From NCBI GenBank assembly GCA_029260075.1, contig JAJDDY010000027.1, forward strand, positions 126,086 through 190,085: 64,000 nucleotides of DNA. Reading direction: 5' to 3'. Both the position numbers and the translations under genes were made by a program. Numbering within the stretch: the stretch's first letter is position 1; each line of letters starts with the position of its first letter. The notes beneath the pieces were generated by a model. It worked only from the letters and a program-made list of their open reading frames with translations, did no database searches and was not told where the DNA came from. Source of the DNA: Phycisphaerae bacterium. GTDB lineage: Bacteria; Planctomycetota; Phycisphaerae; UBA1845. Positions 41,427-51,094 of the stretch are shown here, piece after piece.

Positions 41427-41625
41427 CCTATCCTCTACGGCGCGGCCCCCCGTCACGCGCTCGCTTATCCATAGCGCGATACGAACAAGCCTGTTCCGGT
41501 AACGTCTGTATCGACAACGGGCAAGTGGAACTGAATCGTCTAATGCAACGGGATTCTGGATAGGAAGTGCTGCCGGGCCCATGTTATCGGGCCACGATAC
41601 TAGACGGCGGGCGCGGGCGGAGTGA

Positions 41626-42681
41626 TTAGCTGCCGAGAAAACTTCGATCAGGTATTTGTGATTCCAGGTGTGGCGTTGGAGACGCCGCGTCAGTGCCACC
41701 CTGGGCCCGCGACCGAAGGGTGTCGAGCGCCTCGCGCACTTCTGAGGCCATACGAGCGTTGGGAAACTCACGAATCAGTTCGACCCCGGTGCCCAGCGCA
41801 TCCTGCCATCGTTTTTCGTTCACGGCAAAACGAAATTGCACGCCAAGTTGCAACAGTTTGTCTTTGAAGACGTCACGCGCCGAGGAACGCAGCGCCTCCG
41901 CCTCGGCTGCAGAAAGGTATTGATCGAGTTCACGAAGAATATCGATCGCCTGATCTGTATCGTTTCGTCTAACCGCTTCCTGCCACGACACAAGCAACGC
42001 CTGCTTGTGATCGTCTTTGAGCGATTCCATCCGATCACGCAACGCCAGCACACGCGCGTTGTCGGGCAGGAGACCGAGGAGGCGATCGATCTCATGGCCG
42101 GCACGAGTCCATTCGTACGATTGGAAATGTCCCTCGATCATCTCTATGGCTTCGCGAAGACGTACTTCCATCGCACCATTTCGGGCCGCGTCCAACTGTT
42201 CGCGAAACTGTTCGGCCTCTTCCTTGCAACCGAACCGAACTTCCATATCGTCGATTAGACTCAGCGCTCGCTCCCAGTGCTCGCCCGCCAAATCCTCGCG
42301 GATTACCGTGCGAAGCATGTCCAAGTCTTGTTCGCGATGGGTGAGCGACTTGGCTGCATCGGAGATGGCCGTGTTCTCGCCGATCAGCTCCAGCACCGCA
42401 TTCTGTTGAACGATGCTGTCGTGCAGGTCGCGCAGGGTTCCGAATTGTCGCGTGATCGTCGACTCGGTTTTCAGGATCAAGGGCACAAGCGTGAGAAACA
42501 TGATTGACAGGAACGAAACAAAGCCGCCGGCTGCAATTAGCCAAACGCCGCCGGACGATTCGGACGAACCGTATCCCACGGCGCCCATGCCGATTAGAAT
42601 CGCGCCGCCGATCATGGCGCACACGCACACTGCGGTCTGAAGCCAACGAAGCTGTGCGAATCGTCCTGGAGACATGGCCAT
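41626..42681 (-). CDS. Hypothetical membrane protein with 2-3 TM helices and a large helical cytoplasmic domain
   Basis: ATG start. TM segments near the N-terminus. Helical repeat-like remainder. Confidence 0.55.
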   Translation of the reverse strand: MAMSPGRFAQLRWLQTAVCVCAMIGGAILIGMGAVGYGSSESSGGVWLIAAGGFVSFLSIMFLTLVPLILKTESTITRQFGTLRDLHDSIVQQNAVLELIGENTAISDAAKSLTHREQDLDMLRTVIREDLAGEHWERALSLIDDMEVRFGCKEEAEQFREQLDAARNGAMEVRLREAIEMIEGHFQSYEWTRAGHEIDRLLGLLPDNARVLALRDRMESLKDDHKQALLVSWQEAVRRNDTDQAIDILRELDQYLSAAEAEALRSSARDVFKDKLLQLGVQFRFAVNEKRWQDALGTGVELIREFPNARMASEVREALDTLRSRAQGGTDAASPTPHLESQIPDRSFLGS

Positions 42682-42882
42682 GATTTCTACCGTCTATCGC
42701 TTGCCGACCCGCTCCGCCGTGCGGACTCTTGGAGCCACTCGCCGGCGTCGTGTGGCGAAGATCACCCGCTGGGTTCCGACGGCCTTCATCCTACGCCACC
42801 GCGACACTTCGTCAACTGCCCGATTCCCCGCTGTGACGCCACGAGCGCCACGCCATAGCACCCCCGTCGACTCGGGTCAACC

Positions 42883-43137
42883 TCAGACAGCCTGCACCTC
42901 GATCACGTCCCCCGACTCACTCGACTCATCCTGCTTCCGGCGCAGCTCCTTCGCGCAATGCTCTTCGTGACGATCCAGCGATTGTTGCATGACAAACGCT
43001 TCGTCCGCAACCAGCTTCAGAAAGAACGTGATACCGACTGAAGCCGTCACACAGGAGACAAGAATGTACCATCCGCTCACCGAAAGACCTCTCCAAAAGA
43101 GATGCACAGGTTCATCGGAAGGTCGCGTCGCCGACAT
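42883..43137 (-). CDS. Candidate small single-TM protein
   Basis: 84-aa ORF with a hydrophobic segment (WYILVSCVTASVGITFFL). Weak support. Confidence 0.3.
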   Translation of the reverse strand: MSATRPSDEPVHLFWRGLSVSGWYILVSCVTASVGITFFLKLVADEAFVMQQSLDRHEEHCAKELRRKQDESSESGDVIEVQAV

Positions 43138-43224
43138 CGGCTAGCCGCCACTTGAAAAAATTTGGGCACTGGTGTGTCGCCGGTGCGATCGAGTTCAGGA
43201 TGGAAAACCTACGCCGGACAGGGG

Positions 43225-43270
43225 GACGAGAAAGGATTCTCGTCCCAGCGGGAACGGACCCTCGTCCCAG
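43225..43270. repeat. Family-C-like repeat (GACGAGAAAGGATTCTCGTCCCAGC x2 partial tandem)
   Basis: GACGAGAAAGGATTCTCGTCCCAGCGGGAACGGACCCTCGTCCCAGCC. Confidence 0.55.
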
Positions 43271-43392
43271 CCTCTACAATGCGACGTTGAAGCACCGGCT
43301 GTGAGAATCGTCCGGAGGGCGCGGCGTGGTCGAAGCGGTGACAATAATGCGGACGGCCAGCTCTGCCTAGTGCGCTGTCAGACATCGAATGG

Positions 43393-43498
43393 AGGGTTTA
43401 CCGAGCCGCGCCCGTAAGGAAGCGGATGATGGAAATCCGCCCGTAACGACCTAAAATCGCTCCCTTACGGTCGCGGCTCGGATCGGACGAAACCGTCA
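43393..43498. repeat. Family-A repeat, copy 8
   Basis: GGGTTTACCGAGCCGCGCCCGTAAGGAAGCG...CGCTCCCTTACGGTCGCGGCTCGGATCGGACGAAACCGTCA. Confidence 0.85.
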
Positions 43499-43517
43499 TT
43501 TGAATCGTGACATAGCA

Positions 43518-44465
43518 CTAAGCTGTGGTCCGATAGTCGATAAAGTCTTGCGTGAGCTGGCGTGTGATCGGCCCCGGGGCGCCGTCGCCGACATCGCGCC
43601 CGTCGATTCTTGTAATAGGGACAATTTCCGCCGCCGTACCCGTACCGAAACACTCGTCCGCGACGCACAAGTCGTGTCGAATCAGAACGACTTCGTGTAC
43701 GGCGATCCCGCGATTGCGAGCCAACTCCATGACGAGGTTGCGCGTGATCCCCTCAAGGATTCCCATGGACGTCGGCGGGGTGTGCAGCTCTCCGTCGCGA
43801 ACCAGAAAAATGTTGTCGCCGGTGCATTCGCTCACATAACCGTCGACGGTAAGCATGATGGCTTCGTCGGCGCCCAGATCACGAGCCTCAGCTTTGGCCA
43901 ACACGTTGTTTAGATAGTTGAGCGATTTCACTCGTGGACTGGTCGTGTTCGGATGATTTCGTGAAAAGCTCGATATGATGCAGCGCAGGCCGCGTTCGTA
44001 GACTTCCGGCGGATACAATGCGATCTTGTCAGCGATTACGAAGACGGAAGGACAGGCTGTTTTCTCGATGGAAATACCCAGCGAACCCACGCCACGCGTA
44101 ACCACAAGGCGAACATAGCCGTCCTCGGTGATGCCGTTGGCGCCCATGGCCTCGCGCATGGCTGTACTGAGTTCCTCGTGGGTCATGGGAATCGTTAGGC
44201 GGATAGCCTTGGCGCTCTCGAAGAGGCGATCGAGATGCTCAGATTCGCGAAAAATGCGACCGCCGTAGATGCGAATGCCCTCGAAAATCCCGTCACCGTA
44301 GAGCAAGCCATGATCGAAAACGCTGATGCTTGCTTCGCCAGCCGGAACCAACTCACCATCGAGCCAAATCTTCAGATCCGCTCGGGGTGTGAACGGATTG
44401 GCCGGACGCGGTTGAGAAAACGCATCCGCGCTGGAAGCCTGTGGGTCTACCGATGCATTGTTCAT
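43518..44465 (-). CDS. ilvE: Branched-chain amino acid aminotransferase
   Basis: Fold-type IV PLP enzyme motifs (VFDHGLLYGDGIFEG, ECTG). Confidence 0.85.
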   Translation of the reverse strand: MNNASVDPQASSADAFSQPRPANPFTPRADLKIWLDGELVPAGEASISVFDHGLLYGDGIFEGIRIYGGRIFRESEHLDRLFESAKAIRLTIPMTHEELSTAMREAMGANGITEDGYVRLVVTRGVGSLGISIEKTACPSVFVIADKIALYPPEVYERGLRCIISSFSRNHPNTTSPRVKSLNYLNNVLAKAEARDLGADEAIMLTVDGYVSECTGDNIFLVRDGELHTPPTSMGILEGITRNLVMELARNRGIAVHEVVLIRHDLCVADECFGTGTAAEIVPITRIDGRDVGDGAPGPITRQLTQDFIDYRTTA

Positions 44466-45214
44466 AAAGGCACCTCCCTTCGTCCAATCCGAGACGGCGT
44501 AGCCAGTTCGTCGGTCTCCTCCGACTTGCGCAAAACGCCATCGACCAGATGCACGCGACGGTGTGCATGATCCGCCACAGCCGAATCGTGCGTGACCATG
44601 ATAAGCGTCTGACCGCCTTGATTCAGTCCGGCGAGAAGACCAAGTATCCCCCCGCCAATCTTGGCATCCAGGTTACCCGTTGGCTCGTCCGCGAGCAAGA
44701 TGGCCGGGCGATTGATCAGGGCGCGTGCGATCGCTACACGCTGACGCTCGCCGCCGGAAAGCTCGTTGCAGCGGTGCGTAATCCGCTCTGCGAGGCCCAC
44801 ACGTTCGATTATCGATTCCGCCTCGCCCCGCACAGTCGAACGAACGCGCCGCCAACCCAGAAACGAATGCCGAACCATCTGCGGCATCAGCACATTCTCC
44901 AGCACGTTGCATTCCGGGAGCAGATGGTAGAACTGAAAAACGAACCCGATCTGTACGTTCCTGTAGGCGCGTCGCTCTGCCTCGCGAGCGGCCAACAAAT
45001 CGCCACCATCGAATTCGATTCGGCCCCGATCGGGAATGTCCAGCATCCCGAGCAAGTGCAGCAGCGTGCTCTTGCCCGATCCGCTCGCGCCGCGGATGAC
45101 CACGAACTCCCCACGGTCCACCGTAAAGGATACACCACGCAGTACGCTCACGAGCGAGCGACCCATTCGGTACGACTTGTGCAATCCGGTGGTTTTCAGC
45201 ATGGCCTTACTCAT
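44462..45214 (-). CDS. lolD: Lipoprotein-releasing system ATP-binding protein LolD-like
   Basis: Walker A GASGSGKST, LSGGERQR, LLADEPTGNLD. Start trimmed to MSKAMLKTTGLHKSY. Confidence 0.85.
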   Translation of the reverse strand: MSKAMLKTTGLHKSYRMGRSLVSVLRGVSFTVDRGEFVVIRGASGSGKSTLLHLLGMLDIPDRGRIEFDGGDLLAAREAERRAYRNVQIGFVFQFYHLLPECNVLENVLMPQMVRHSFLGWRRVRSTVRGEAESIIERVGLAERITHRCNELSGGERQRVAIARALINRPAILLADEPTGNLDAKIGGGILGLLAGLNQGGQTLIMVTHDSAVADHAHRRVHLVDGVLRKSEETDELATPSRIGRREVPL

Positions 45215-46799
45215 AGCGAAGCGCCGCCACAGGCCACACCCGGGCCGCAATCCTTGCCGGAATGAGCGATCCGATCATCGATGCGACGATAGCTACGACG
45301 CCCACACCGATCGCGTCAACGGTCTTGACCGCGTTGGGGATTTTGTCGAACGAATAGATCTCCGGACTCCAGACGCGCAGTTGCGGGCTCATGCTGGCCA
45401 ATAAATCTTGTATCTCGTTGATGTGCCACACGACCTCAGACCCGAGAAGAACGCCGAGTACCGATCCGACCAATCCGACCACCGTCGCGTACAGAATGAA
45501 CAACCCCGCGACACCCTGACTCGATGCACCGATCGACTTGAGTATGCCGATGTCGCGCGTTTTTTTCTCGACGATCATGTAGAAAATGCAACCGACCAAG
45601 ACGATCGCCACCATGCTGATCAACCCGAACAAGAACGTAACCAACACCTTCTCTTTTTCGACGGCGGCGATGAAGGAACGCTGGAGATCCTCCCATGTGT
45701 ACGCCTTCGCAAGACGAAGATTCGTTGCATCAACCCTGCTCACGGTCGGCACCTTGCTCATCGTGAACCGTTCCCACGCCTCGGAAATCTGGTCGCGGGC
45801 GATGTTGATATCTACGCCCTTCTTCAAGCCCACGAGCAACTGATTCGTTCGAGCGCTGGTCATCCCGCCGTCCACGGCCGGTTGCGGCGACATGGCAAGT
45901 CGGTCTTGCAAAATGTCGAAGTCGACGTAGGTCTGCAGGCTATCGATCTCGAAAATACCGGTACGCGAGTCGTCCACGTATCGTAGAACCATCTTGATCG
46001 GCGGTTCCCCGAACGGATTGCCCATCGGCGTCAGCGGCATCAACGTGAGCGCCACGGGTGCGCCGCGGGCGAGGTAGCGGTTGAAGTTCCCATCCGGGCG
46101 TCGCTCGTTGAGCAGATCACAACCGACGATGACGCCGGGAAGATCGGGACCGGAAAAACGTGGCTCACCCATGTCGGCCGCAAACACCCGTTCGCCCACC
46201 TCCATGGAGACCAAGCGATCGACCGGCGCCGGCAGGAACGGATCGGCATCGAACGCCGCCACTGCCTCTTGATCCTTCTCCGCCGCTCGCCAACGTGCGT
46301 TGGCCCTCGCTAGTGACTCCGGTAACTTGAACCGACCGGTGGCCGGGTCCGTACCCACTACGGACAAACCCTGCAAACCCAAGCTCGTCGTACCGGGAAA
46401 ATATCGTTCGTAGTGCAAACCCGCGCGGAAGCTGTTGACTTTGACGTATTCGTCCAGACGTACGCCGACCACGCGCGTCGGTTTCGTCCACGTCGTGCGC
46501 GGTTCACGAAAAATGCCGTACGAATAGATCGCCGGTGTTGTCCGCTCGACCATATCGGGAAGCTCGACTTTGAGTAGCTCGCCGAACTCGTCGTAGAAGG
46601 GAAAGCCCTGGAGTGTTCCGCCTTCGAGAATGATTTCGCTGTGCAATCCGCGGGCCCGCTCGCGAACCGTATCAAGGAATCCGCCCATTACGCTCAGCAC
46701 AACCAGCACCATGGCGCTACACAGCATGACACTGGCCACGCCGAGCCACGCAATCAACTTCGTGCGCAGGTAGCGAGCGGCAAGGAACCATTTGTACAT
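45207..46799 (-). CDS. lolE: LolC/LolE-type (FtsX-like) ABC permease with enlarged periplasmic domain
   Basis: N-terminal TM, large periplasmic loop, C-terminal 3 TM FtsX domain. Pairs with lolD. Confidence 0.8.
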   Translation of the reverse strand: MYKWFLAARYLRTKLIAWLGVASVMLCSAMVLVVLSVMGGFLDTVRERARGLHSEIILEGGTLQGFPFYDEFGELLKVELPDMVERTTPAIYSYGIFREPRTTWTKPTRVVGVRLDEYVKVNSFRAGLHYERYFPGTTSLGLQGLSVVGTDPATGRFKLPESLARANARWRAAEKDQEAVAAFDADPFLPAPVDRLVSMEVGERVFAADMGEPRFSGPDLPGVIVGCDLLNERRPDGNFNRYLARGAPVALTLMPLTPMGNPFGEPPIKMVLRYVDDSRTGIFEIDSLQTYVDFDILQDRLAMSPQPAVDGGMTSARTNQLLVGLKKGVDINIARDQISEAWERFTMSKVPTVSRVDATNLRLAKAYTWEDLQRSFIAAVEKEKVLVTFLFGLISMVAIVLVGCIFYMIVEKKTRDIGILKSIGASSQGVAGLFILYATVVGLVGSVLGVLLGSEVVWHINEIQDLLASMSPQLRVWSPEIYSFDKIPNAVKTVDAIGVGVVAIVASMIGSLIPARIAARVWPVAALRYE

Positions 46800-46802
46800 G
46801 CG

Positions 46803-48467
46803 TTAGCCATCCGTGGCGGCTGTCGACCGCTGCAAGGGAAACAAGATCACGTCGCGTATGCTGGCGCTGTCCGTCAACACCATCACAAGTCGGTCGATGC
46901 CCACGCCCAGTCCGCCAGCCGGAGGCATGCCATATTCCAGCGCGGTCAGGAAGTCGTCGTCCATAACCGCCATGGTCTCGTCACCTTCGCCCGCCACCTG
47001 TCGCTTGAAGTTGGCGCTCTGCTCTTCGGGATCGTTGAGTTCGGTATAGGCGTTGCCCAATTCCATCCCTGCGACGAACGCTTCGAAACGCAGTGCCACG
47101 GATGGGTCATCGGGGTGGCGGCGCGTCAGCGGGCAGATGGCTGCGGGGTAATCATAGACGAACGTCGGTTGAATCAACTGCCGCTCGACGGTTGCTTCAA
47201 ACAGGGTGTTGACCACGACGGCGTGGTCCTTGCCGCCGGTCTCAATGCCCAACTCCTTCGCTTTCGCCAACACCGCCGCTTCATCGCCCATGGCGACACC
47301 AGCGTATTCGAGCAGTAAGTCGGCGTATTTTCGTCGTGACCAAGGCGGTGTGACATCGAGCACCGTGCCGTTGAACACGACCATGCGCCGACCGGCCACA
47401 ACACCCTCGCGTGCCGTTTGGTACGCCGCTAGATGCTCCGCCTCTGCGTACGCCGAGGCCGCGGCTTCGTCTTGGTCCGTGCCGATCCGCTCTTTCTCGC
47501 GTTCCAACAACTCCGTGCGATCGGGCAACGCCTTCAGCGTCGACACATCGTACGCGGCCGCCACCATCTGCTCGACGCGTTCCATCATCACGTTGTAGTC
47601 AGCGTAGGCTTCGTACAACTCGACCATTGTGAATTCGGGGTTGTGCTTTGTGCTGATTCCCTCATTGCGGAAGTTGCGGCTGATCTCGAATACGCGTTCC
47701 ATCCCACCGACCAAGAGCCGCTTAAGATAAAGCTCGGGACTGATGCGCATGTACAGCTTCATGTCCAGTGTGTTGTGGTGCGTGGTGAACGGACGGGCGG
47801 CGGCGCCGCCGTAGATCGGCTGAAGCACCGGCGTGTCGACTTCGTAGTAGCCCTCGCCGACCAATGAGGCGCGGATGGCGCCGATGATCGCGCTGCGCTG
47901 CTGAAACACAGCCAACACTTCGGGGTTACTAAACAAATCGACGTAGCGTCGGCGATAGCGAAGGTCTACGTCGGTCAGGCCATGCCATTTTTCCGGCGGC
48001 GGACGGACGGCTTTGCTCAACACCGTCAGCCGGTCTACCCAAACAGTAAGCTCGCCGGTCCGGGTTTTCCCGAGCACGCCTTCGGCGCCGACGATGTCAC
48101 CCAAGTCAAGTTGCTTGAGCACCGGCCACGAATCGCCGAGGTCCGCCCTACTAAGGCCAAGCTGAATCTTACCCGAGCGATCGCGAATCGTGACGAAGGC
48201 GAGCTTGCCCATCAGTCGCAACAAGGCAATCCGCCCAGCTACGCGCGCTCGGTGTTCCGTGCGTTTGCCCGGTTCGAACTCGACGGCCTTGACGGCTTCG
48301 CGCACGTCGGCGACAGCCTGAACGTTTTCGAAACGCTGCCCGTACGGCTCGACACCAAGCTCGCGAAGTGTGTCGCGCTTGCGGCGTCGCTGCTCGACTT
48401 GATCGACGGCTGGTTGCCCCGCGCCCTTGCCCTCGCAAACTGGCGTATCGTTTTTCTGTTTGGTCAT
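46803..48467 (-). CDS. lysS: Lysine--tRNA ligase (class II)
   Basis: OB-fold anticodon-binding N-terminus and class II motifs (FRNEG, GGxGxGxDR-like GLGVGIDRL). Confidence 0.9.
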   Translation of the reverse strand: MTKQKNDTPVCEGKGAGQPAVDQVEQRRRKRDTLRELGVEPYGQRFENVQAVADVREAVKAVEFEPGKRTEHRARVAGRIALLRLMGKLAFVTIRDRSGKIQLGLSRADLGDSWPVLKQLDLGDIVGAEGVLGKTRTGELTVWVDRLTVLSKAVRPPPEKWHGLTDVDLRYRRRYVDLFSNPEVLAVFQQRSAIIGAIRASLVGEGYYEVDTPVLQPIYGGAAARPFTTHHNTLDMKLYMRISPELYLKRLLVGGMERVFEISRNFRNEGISTKHNPEFTMVELYEAYADYNVMMERVEQMVAAAYDVSTLKALPDRTELLEREKERIGTDQDEAAASAYAEAEHLAAYQTAREGVVAGRRMVVFNGTVLDVTPPWSRRKYADLLLEYAGVAMGDEAAVLAKAKELGIETGGKDHAVVVNTLFEATVERQLIQPTFVYDYPAAICPLTRRHPDDPSVALRFEAFVAGMELGNAYTELNDPEEQSANFKRQVAGEGDETMAVMDDDFLTALEYGMPPAGGLGVGIDRLVMVLTDSASIRDVILFPLQRSTAATDG

Positions 48468-48632
48468 CTCAATATTTCATCAACTCGACGTCGCACGTGT
48501 ACGTGTTTCGACAGTTTCAAATTCCGATCCAATACATCACGGGACGATCGAAGTCCACCAAGCCCGGCAACGACCTGGTGAGCCCACACGAACGTAGTCG
48601 CACGAGCCAATGCATTCGAGGCCCGTAGAACA

Positions 48633-48675
48633 AGTTTGGCACCGGCTTCCAGCCGGTGATCCATTAGCGCTTTCC
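48633..48675. repeat. Family-B repeat, copy 3
   Basis: AGTTTGGCACCGGCTTCCAGCCGGTGATCCATTAGCGCTTTCC. Confidence 0.8.
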
Positions 48676-48754
48676 ACCTTATTGACGGAGAGGCAGCTTG
48701 CAAGGCGGCCCTTAGCAGTAACGGCAACGACCCAATGGCTACGCACTCCCCGCG

Positions 48755-49384
48755 TCACTTCCGCTCGTAACGCTGCTTCCACTTCGGCATGGTCTCCAGC
48801 GTTACGTCTTTCCACAAGCCAACCTTCGTGCGTCGCGATTGCTTTTCGATTGCACGAAACCGGTCGGCGTAGTCGTGGGGAAAACGCAAATCGGCATACG
48901 CATACCCCCCCTCCAACAGCATCTCATTGAACATCGCCCCGCCGCGCTCCATAAACACGTAGGCCAAGAGACGACCATACTTACCGCGCGTCCGTCGGGG
49001 CGACAGGACGATATGCACATCCTTCCCCTCCAACGTACGCTTGGCGAAGGCACTCGCCTCAGACCCGAAGTGCATCCCTTCGCCGCGTCCGCGCGCCACC
49101 TCCGGTGTGTCTACACCCCAAAGGCGAATGCGCGTTCGATCTTTATCCCCGTCGGGGACGCCGATGTCCAGCGTGTCGCCATCCACAACCCGAACCACCG
49201 AGAACGTGCGGTTGTGGTAGCGCTCTTGATCTCCGGAAGGAACCGGCGGCGCGGTCGGCGCCGATACGCGACCGCAAACAAACGCACCCGCGACCAAGGA
49301 AGCCTGCAGAAGGCGAAACAGACGCCGTCTTGAGGACCGCTGTACGATGGAGTCCGGCCAGGGAGTTGCGCGGCGTCCCATCAC
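48755..49384 (-). CDS. Secreted thermonuclease (staphylococcal nuclease/SNase-like)
   Basis: IRLWGVDTPE...GRLLAYV SNase motifs. Signal-like N-terminus. ATGA overlap with the lysC stop. Confidence 0.72.
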   Translation of the reverse strand: MMGRRATPWPDSIVQRSSRRRLFRLLQASLVAGAFVCGRVSAPTAPPVPSGDQERYHNRTFSVVRVVDGDTLDIGVPDGDKDRTRIRLWGVDTPEVARGRGEGMHFGSEASAFAKRTLEGKDVHIVLSPRRTRGKYGRLLAYVFMERGGAMFNEMLLEGGYAYADLRFPHDYADRFRAIEKQSRRTKVGLWKDVTLETMPKWKQRYERK

Positions 49385-50628
49385 GCGATATCGTCTTCGC
49401 GCGGCTCATCCAATTCAAAAGCACTATGAAGACACCGCAACGCCCGAGGTCCGTCCTCGCGCCGAACGATACAACTGATGACGATCTCGCTCGTCGAGAT
49501 GTTGTCGATGTTGATCTTTTCCTTAGCGAGGGCTTCAAACATCGTCGCCGCAATTCCGCTATGGGTCCGCATGCCCAATCCGACCGCACTCACCTTGGAC
49601 ACGCCCTCGTCGATTTCCACCCCGTCGACGCCAAGCTGCTTGCCGAGGCGTCGGCAGATGGCCATCGCCTCTGCGGACTCGCTGCTGTTGGTCGAAAACC
49701 CGATGTTGGCAACGCGTCCGCCGTCGTACAGGTTTTGCACAATGTCGTCGATCAGAATGTTGCTCTTGGCCACTTCGGAAAAAATTCGAGCAGCCGCACC
49801 CGGCGTGTTGGGCACACCATTCATCGCGACGACCGCGAGGTCTTCTCGCAGGGTGACGCCGCGTACGACGATGGCCTCCATGCCCGGAGTGGCCGCGGTG
49901 ATCAGGGTTCCTTCTGCATCCGTCATTGAACTTCGCACATAAATCGGTACCTGGAATTTCTTGCCAAACTCGATTGCCCGAGAGTGCATCACCGTAGCCC
50001 CGGTGGCGGCCATCTCCAACATCGTATCATAATTGATCTCATCTATCTTCCGGGCGCCAGGGACCAGACGCGGGTCGGCCGAATAGACGCCGTCCACGTC
50101 CGTGTAAATCTCGCAACACTTCGCACCCAGCACGGCCGCGAGCGCGGTGGCTGTGGTGTCCGAAGCCCCACGTCCCAGCGTGGTGATCTCGCCGGCTTGG
50201 TCTGCACCTTGAAACCCCGCGACGATCACGATTTTCCCCGCCGCCAGTTCCGCGTCGATACGATCTCGGCTGATGCGCTGGATTCGCGATCGCGTGTGGG
50301 CGCTGTCGGTCACCAGACCCAACTGCCCGGCGGTCAAGCTGATGGCCTCATGCCCGGCGGCGTCAATCGCCATGGCCATCAGCGCGATCGACACCTGCTC
50401 GCCGGTCGTCAGGAGCATATCGAGTTCACGCTTGGGCGGATCGCAGCATACCGCTTGGGCGAGCTTGACCAGATCGTCCGTAGTTCGCCCCATGGCTGAA
50501 ACGACGAGCACGACCTGTTGGCCCGAAAGCTTCGCCCGAATCGCCCGCCGCGCGGCGCGGTGAATTTTCTCCGCATCAGCCAGCGATGTCCCACCGAACT
50601 TTTGAACGACAAGTACCATGGCGGACAT
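49381..50628 (-). CDS. lysC: Aspartate kinase
   Basis: VQKFGGTS, SAMG..TD, two C-terminal ACT domains. Confidence 0.9.
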   Translation of the reverse strand: MSAMVLVVQKFGGTSLADAEKIHRAARRAIRAKLSGQQVVLVVSAMGRTTDDLVKLAQAVCCDPPKRELDMLLTTGEQVSIALMAMAIDAAGHEAISLTAGQLGLVTDSAHTRSRIQRISRDRIDAELAAGKIVIVAGFQGADQAGEITTLGRGASDTTATALAAVLGAKCCEIYTDVDGVYSADPRLVPGARKIDEINYDTMLEMAATGATVMHSRAIEFGKKFQVPIYVRSSMTDAEGTLITAATPGMEAIVVRGVTLREDLAVVAMNGVPNTPGAAARIFSEVAKSNILIDDIVQNLYDGGRVANIGFSTNSSESAEAMAICRRLGKQLGVDGVEIDEGVSKVSAVGLGMRTHSGIAATMFEALAKEKINIDNISTSEIVISCIVRREDGPRALRCLHSAFELDEPREDDIA

Positions 50629-50717
50629 CGTATCGAAAACATCACCGGTTGGCGATAACGCAAGAGCACGCGCGATCGTCGTGCGTGAAACATAACCCGC
50701 GCGCGGCAGAATCGGTT

Positions 50718-50815
50718 TGCGACGAACCGAGCCGCGCCCGTGAGGAAGCGGTGTTCACGCGCGAGCCCGGATCGCTTCCACCCGGGCGCGGCTCGGCAAG
50801 AGGCTTTTCGCACAA
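50718..50815. repeat. Family-A repeat, copy 9 (subfamily A2; ~90% identical over ~100 bp to copy 11)
   Basis: GCGACGAACCGAGCCGCGCCCGTGAGGAAGCGGTGTTCACGCGCGAGCCCGGATCGCTTCCACCCGGGCGCGGCTCGGCAAGAGGCTTTTCGCAC. Confidence 0.85.
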
Positions 50816-50865
50816 GTTCCTGTCGGGTGGCGCATGTCGGTCGGATGGCCCATAGCTTCAGCCGT

Positions 50866-50925
50866 GGGGGAGTCGAGTCGGCGCTGGATTCGACTCCCCC
50901 ACCTCTAAAGAGATGGGCCACCCAA
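50866..50925. repeat. tRNA-acceptor-like minihelix (GGGGGAGTCGA-loop-TCGACTCCCCC-ACC) + conserved tail shared with 12737-12772
   Basis: 11-bp perfect stem closing on ...CTCCCCCACC, as at a tRNA/tmRNA 3' end. The tail CCCCCACCTCTAAAGAGATGGGCCACCCA recurs at 12737-12772 with 4 mismatches. Confidence 0.5.
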
Positions 50926-50958
50926 ACATAAACCAGGCACAGTGCGGCACCGACGCTA

Positions 50959-50982
50959 GTGCGTGAATCCCTAGGCGCACCC
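50959..50982. repeat. Family-C repeat (adjacent to family-B copy 4)
   Basis: GTGCGTGAATCCCTAGGCGCACC. Confidence 0.65.
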
Positions 50983-50990
50983 TGCCAAGG

Positions 50991-51022
50991 TGTGGCACCG
51001 GCTTCCAGCCGGTGATCCATCG
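50991..51022. repeat. Family-B repeat, copy 4
   Basis: TGTGGCACCGGCTTCCAGCCGGTGATCCATCG. Confidence 0.8.
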
Positions 51023-51094
51023 CCGCACGAAAGTGCGAACCCGATTATCCAGAAAATCCCGAAGGATGAGGGACGAACATCCACCATCCGGTGT

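Noticed and set aside
41427-41771. N-terminal 115 codons of the track ORF for the GGDEF protein
   Set aside because: Would overlap the 3' end of the neighbouring gene (41626-42681) by 145 nt and encodes Arg-rich low-complexity sequence. The internal ATG immediately precedes the first TM helix.
50640-50940. tmRNA (ssrA) gene suggested by the CTGGATTCGAC / CTCCCCCACC hairpin
   Set aside because: Could not identify a tag-peptide reading frame, pseudoknot region or a paired 5'/3' acceptor stem of tmRNA. Only an isolated minihelix is present.
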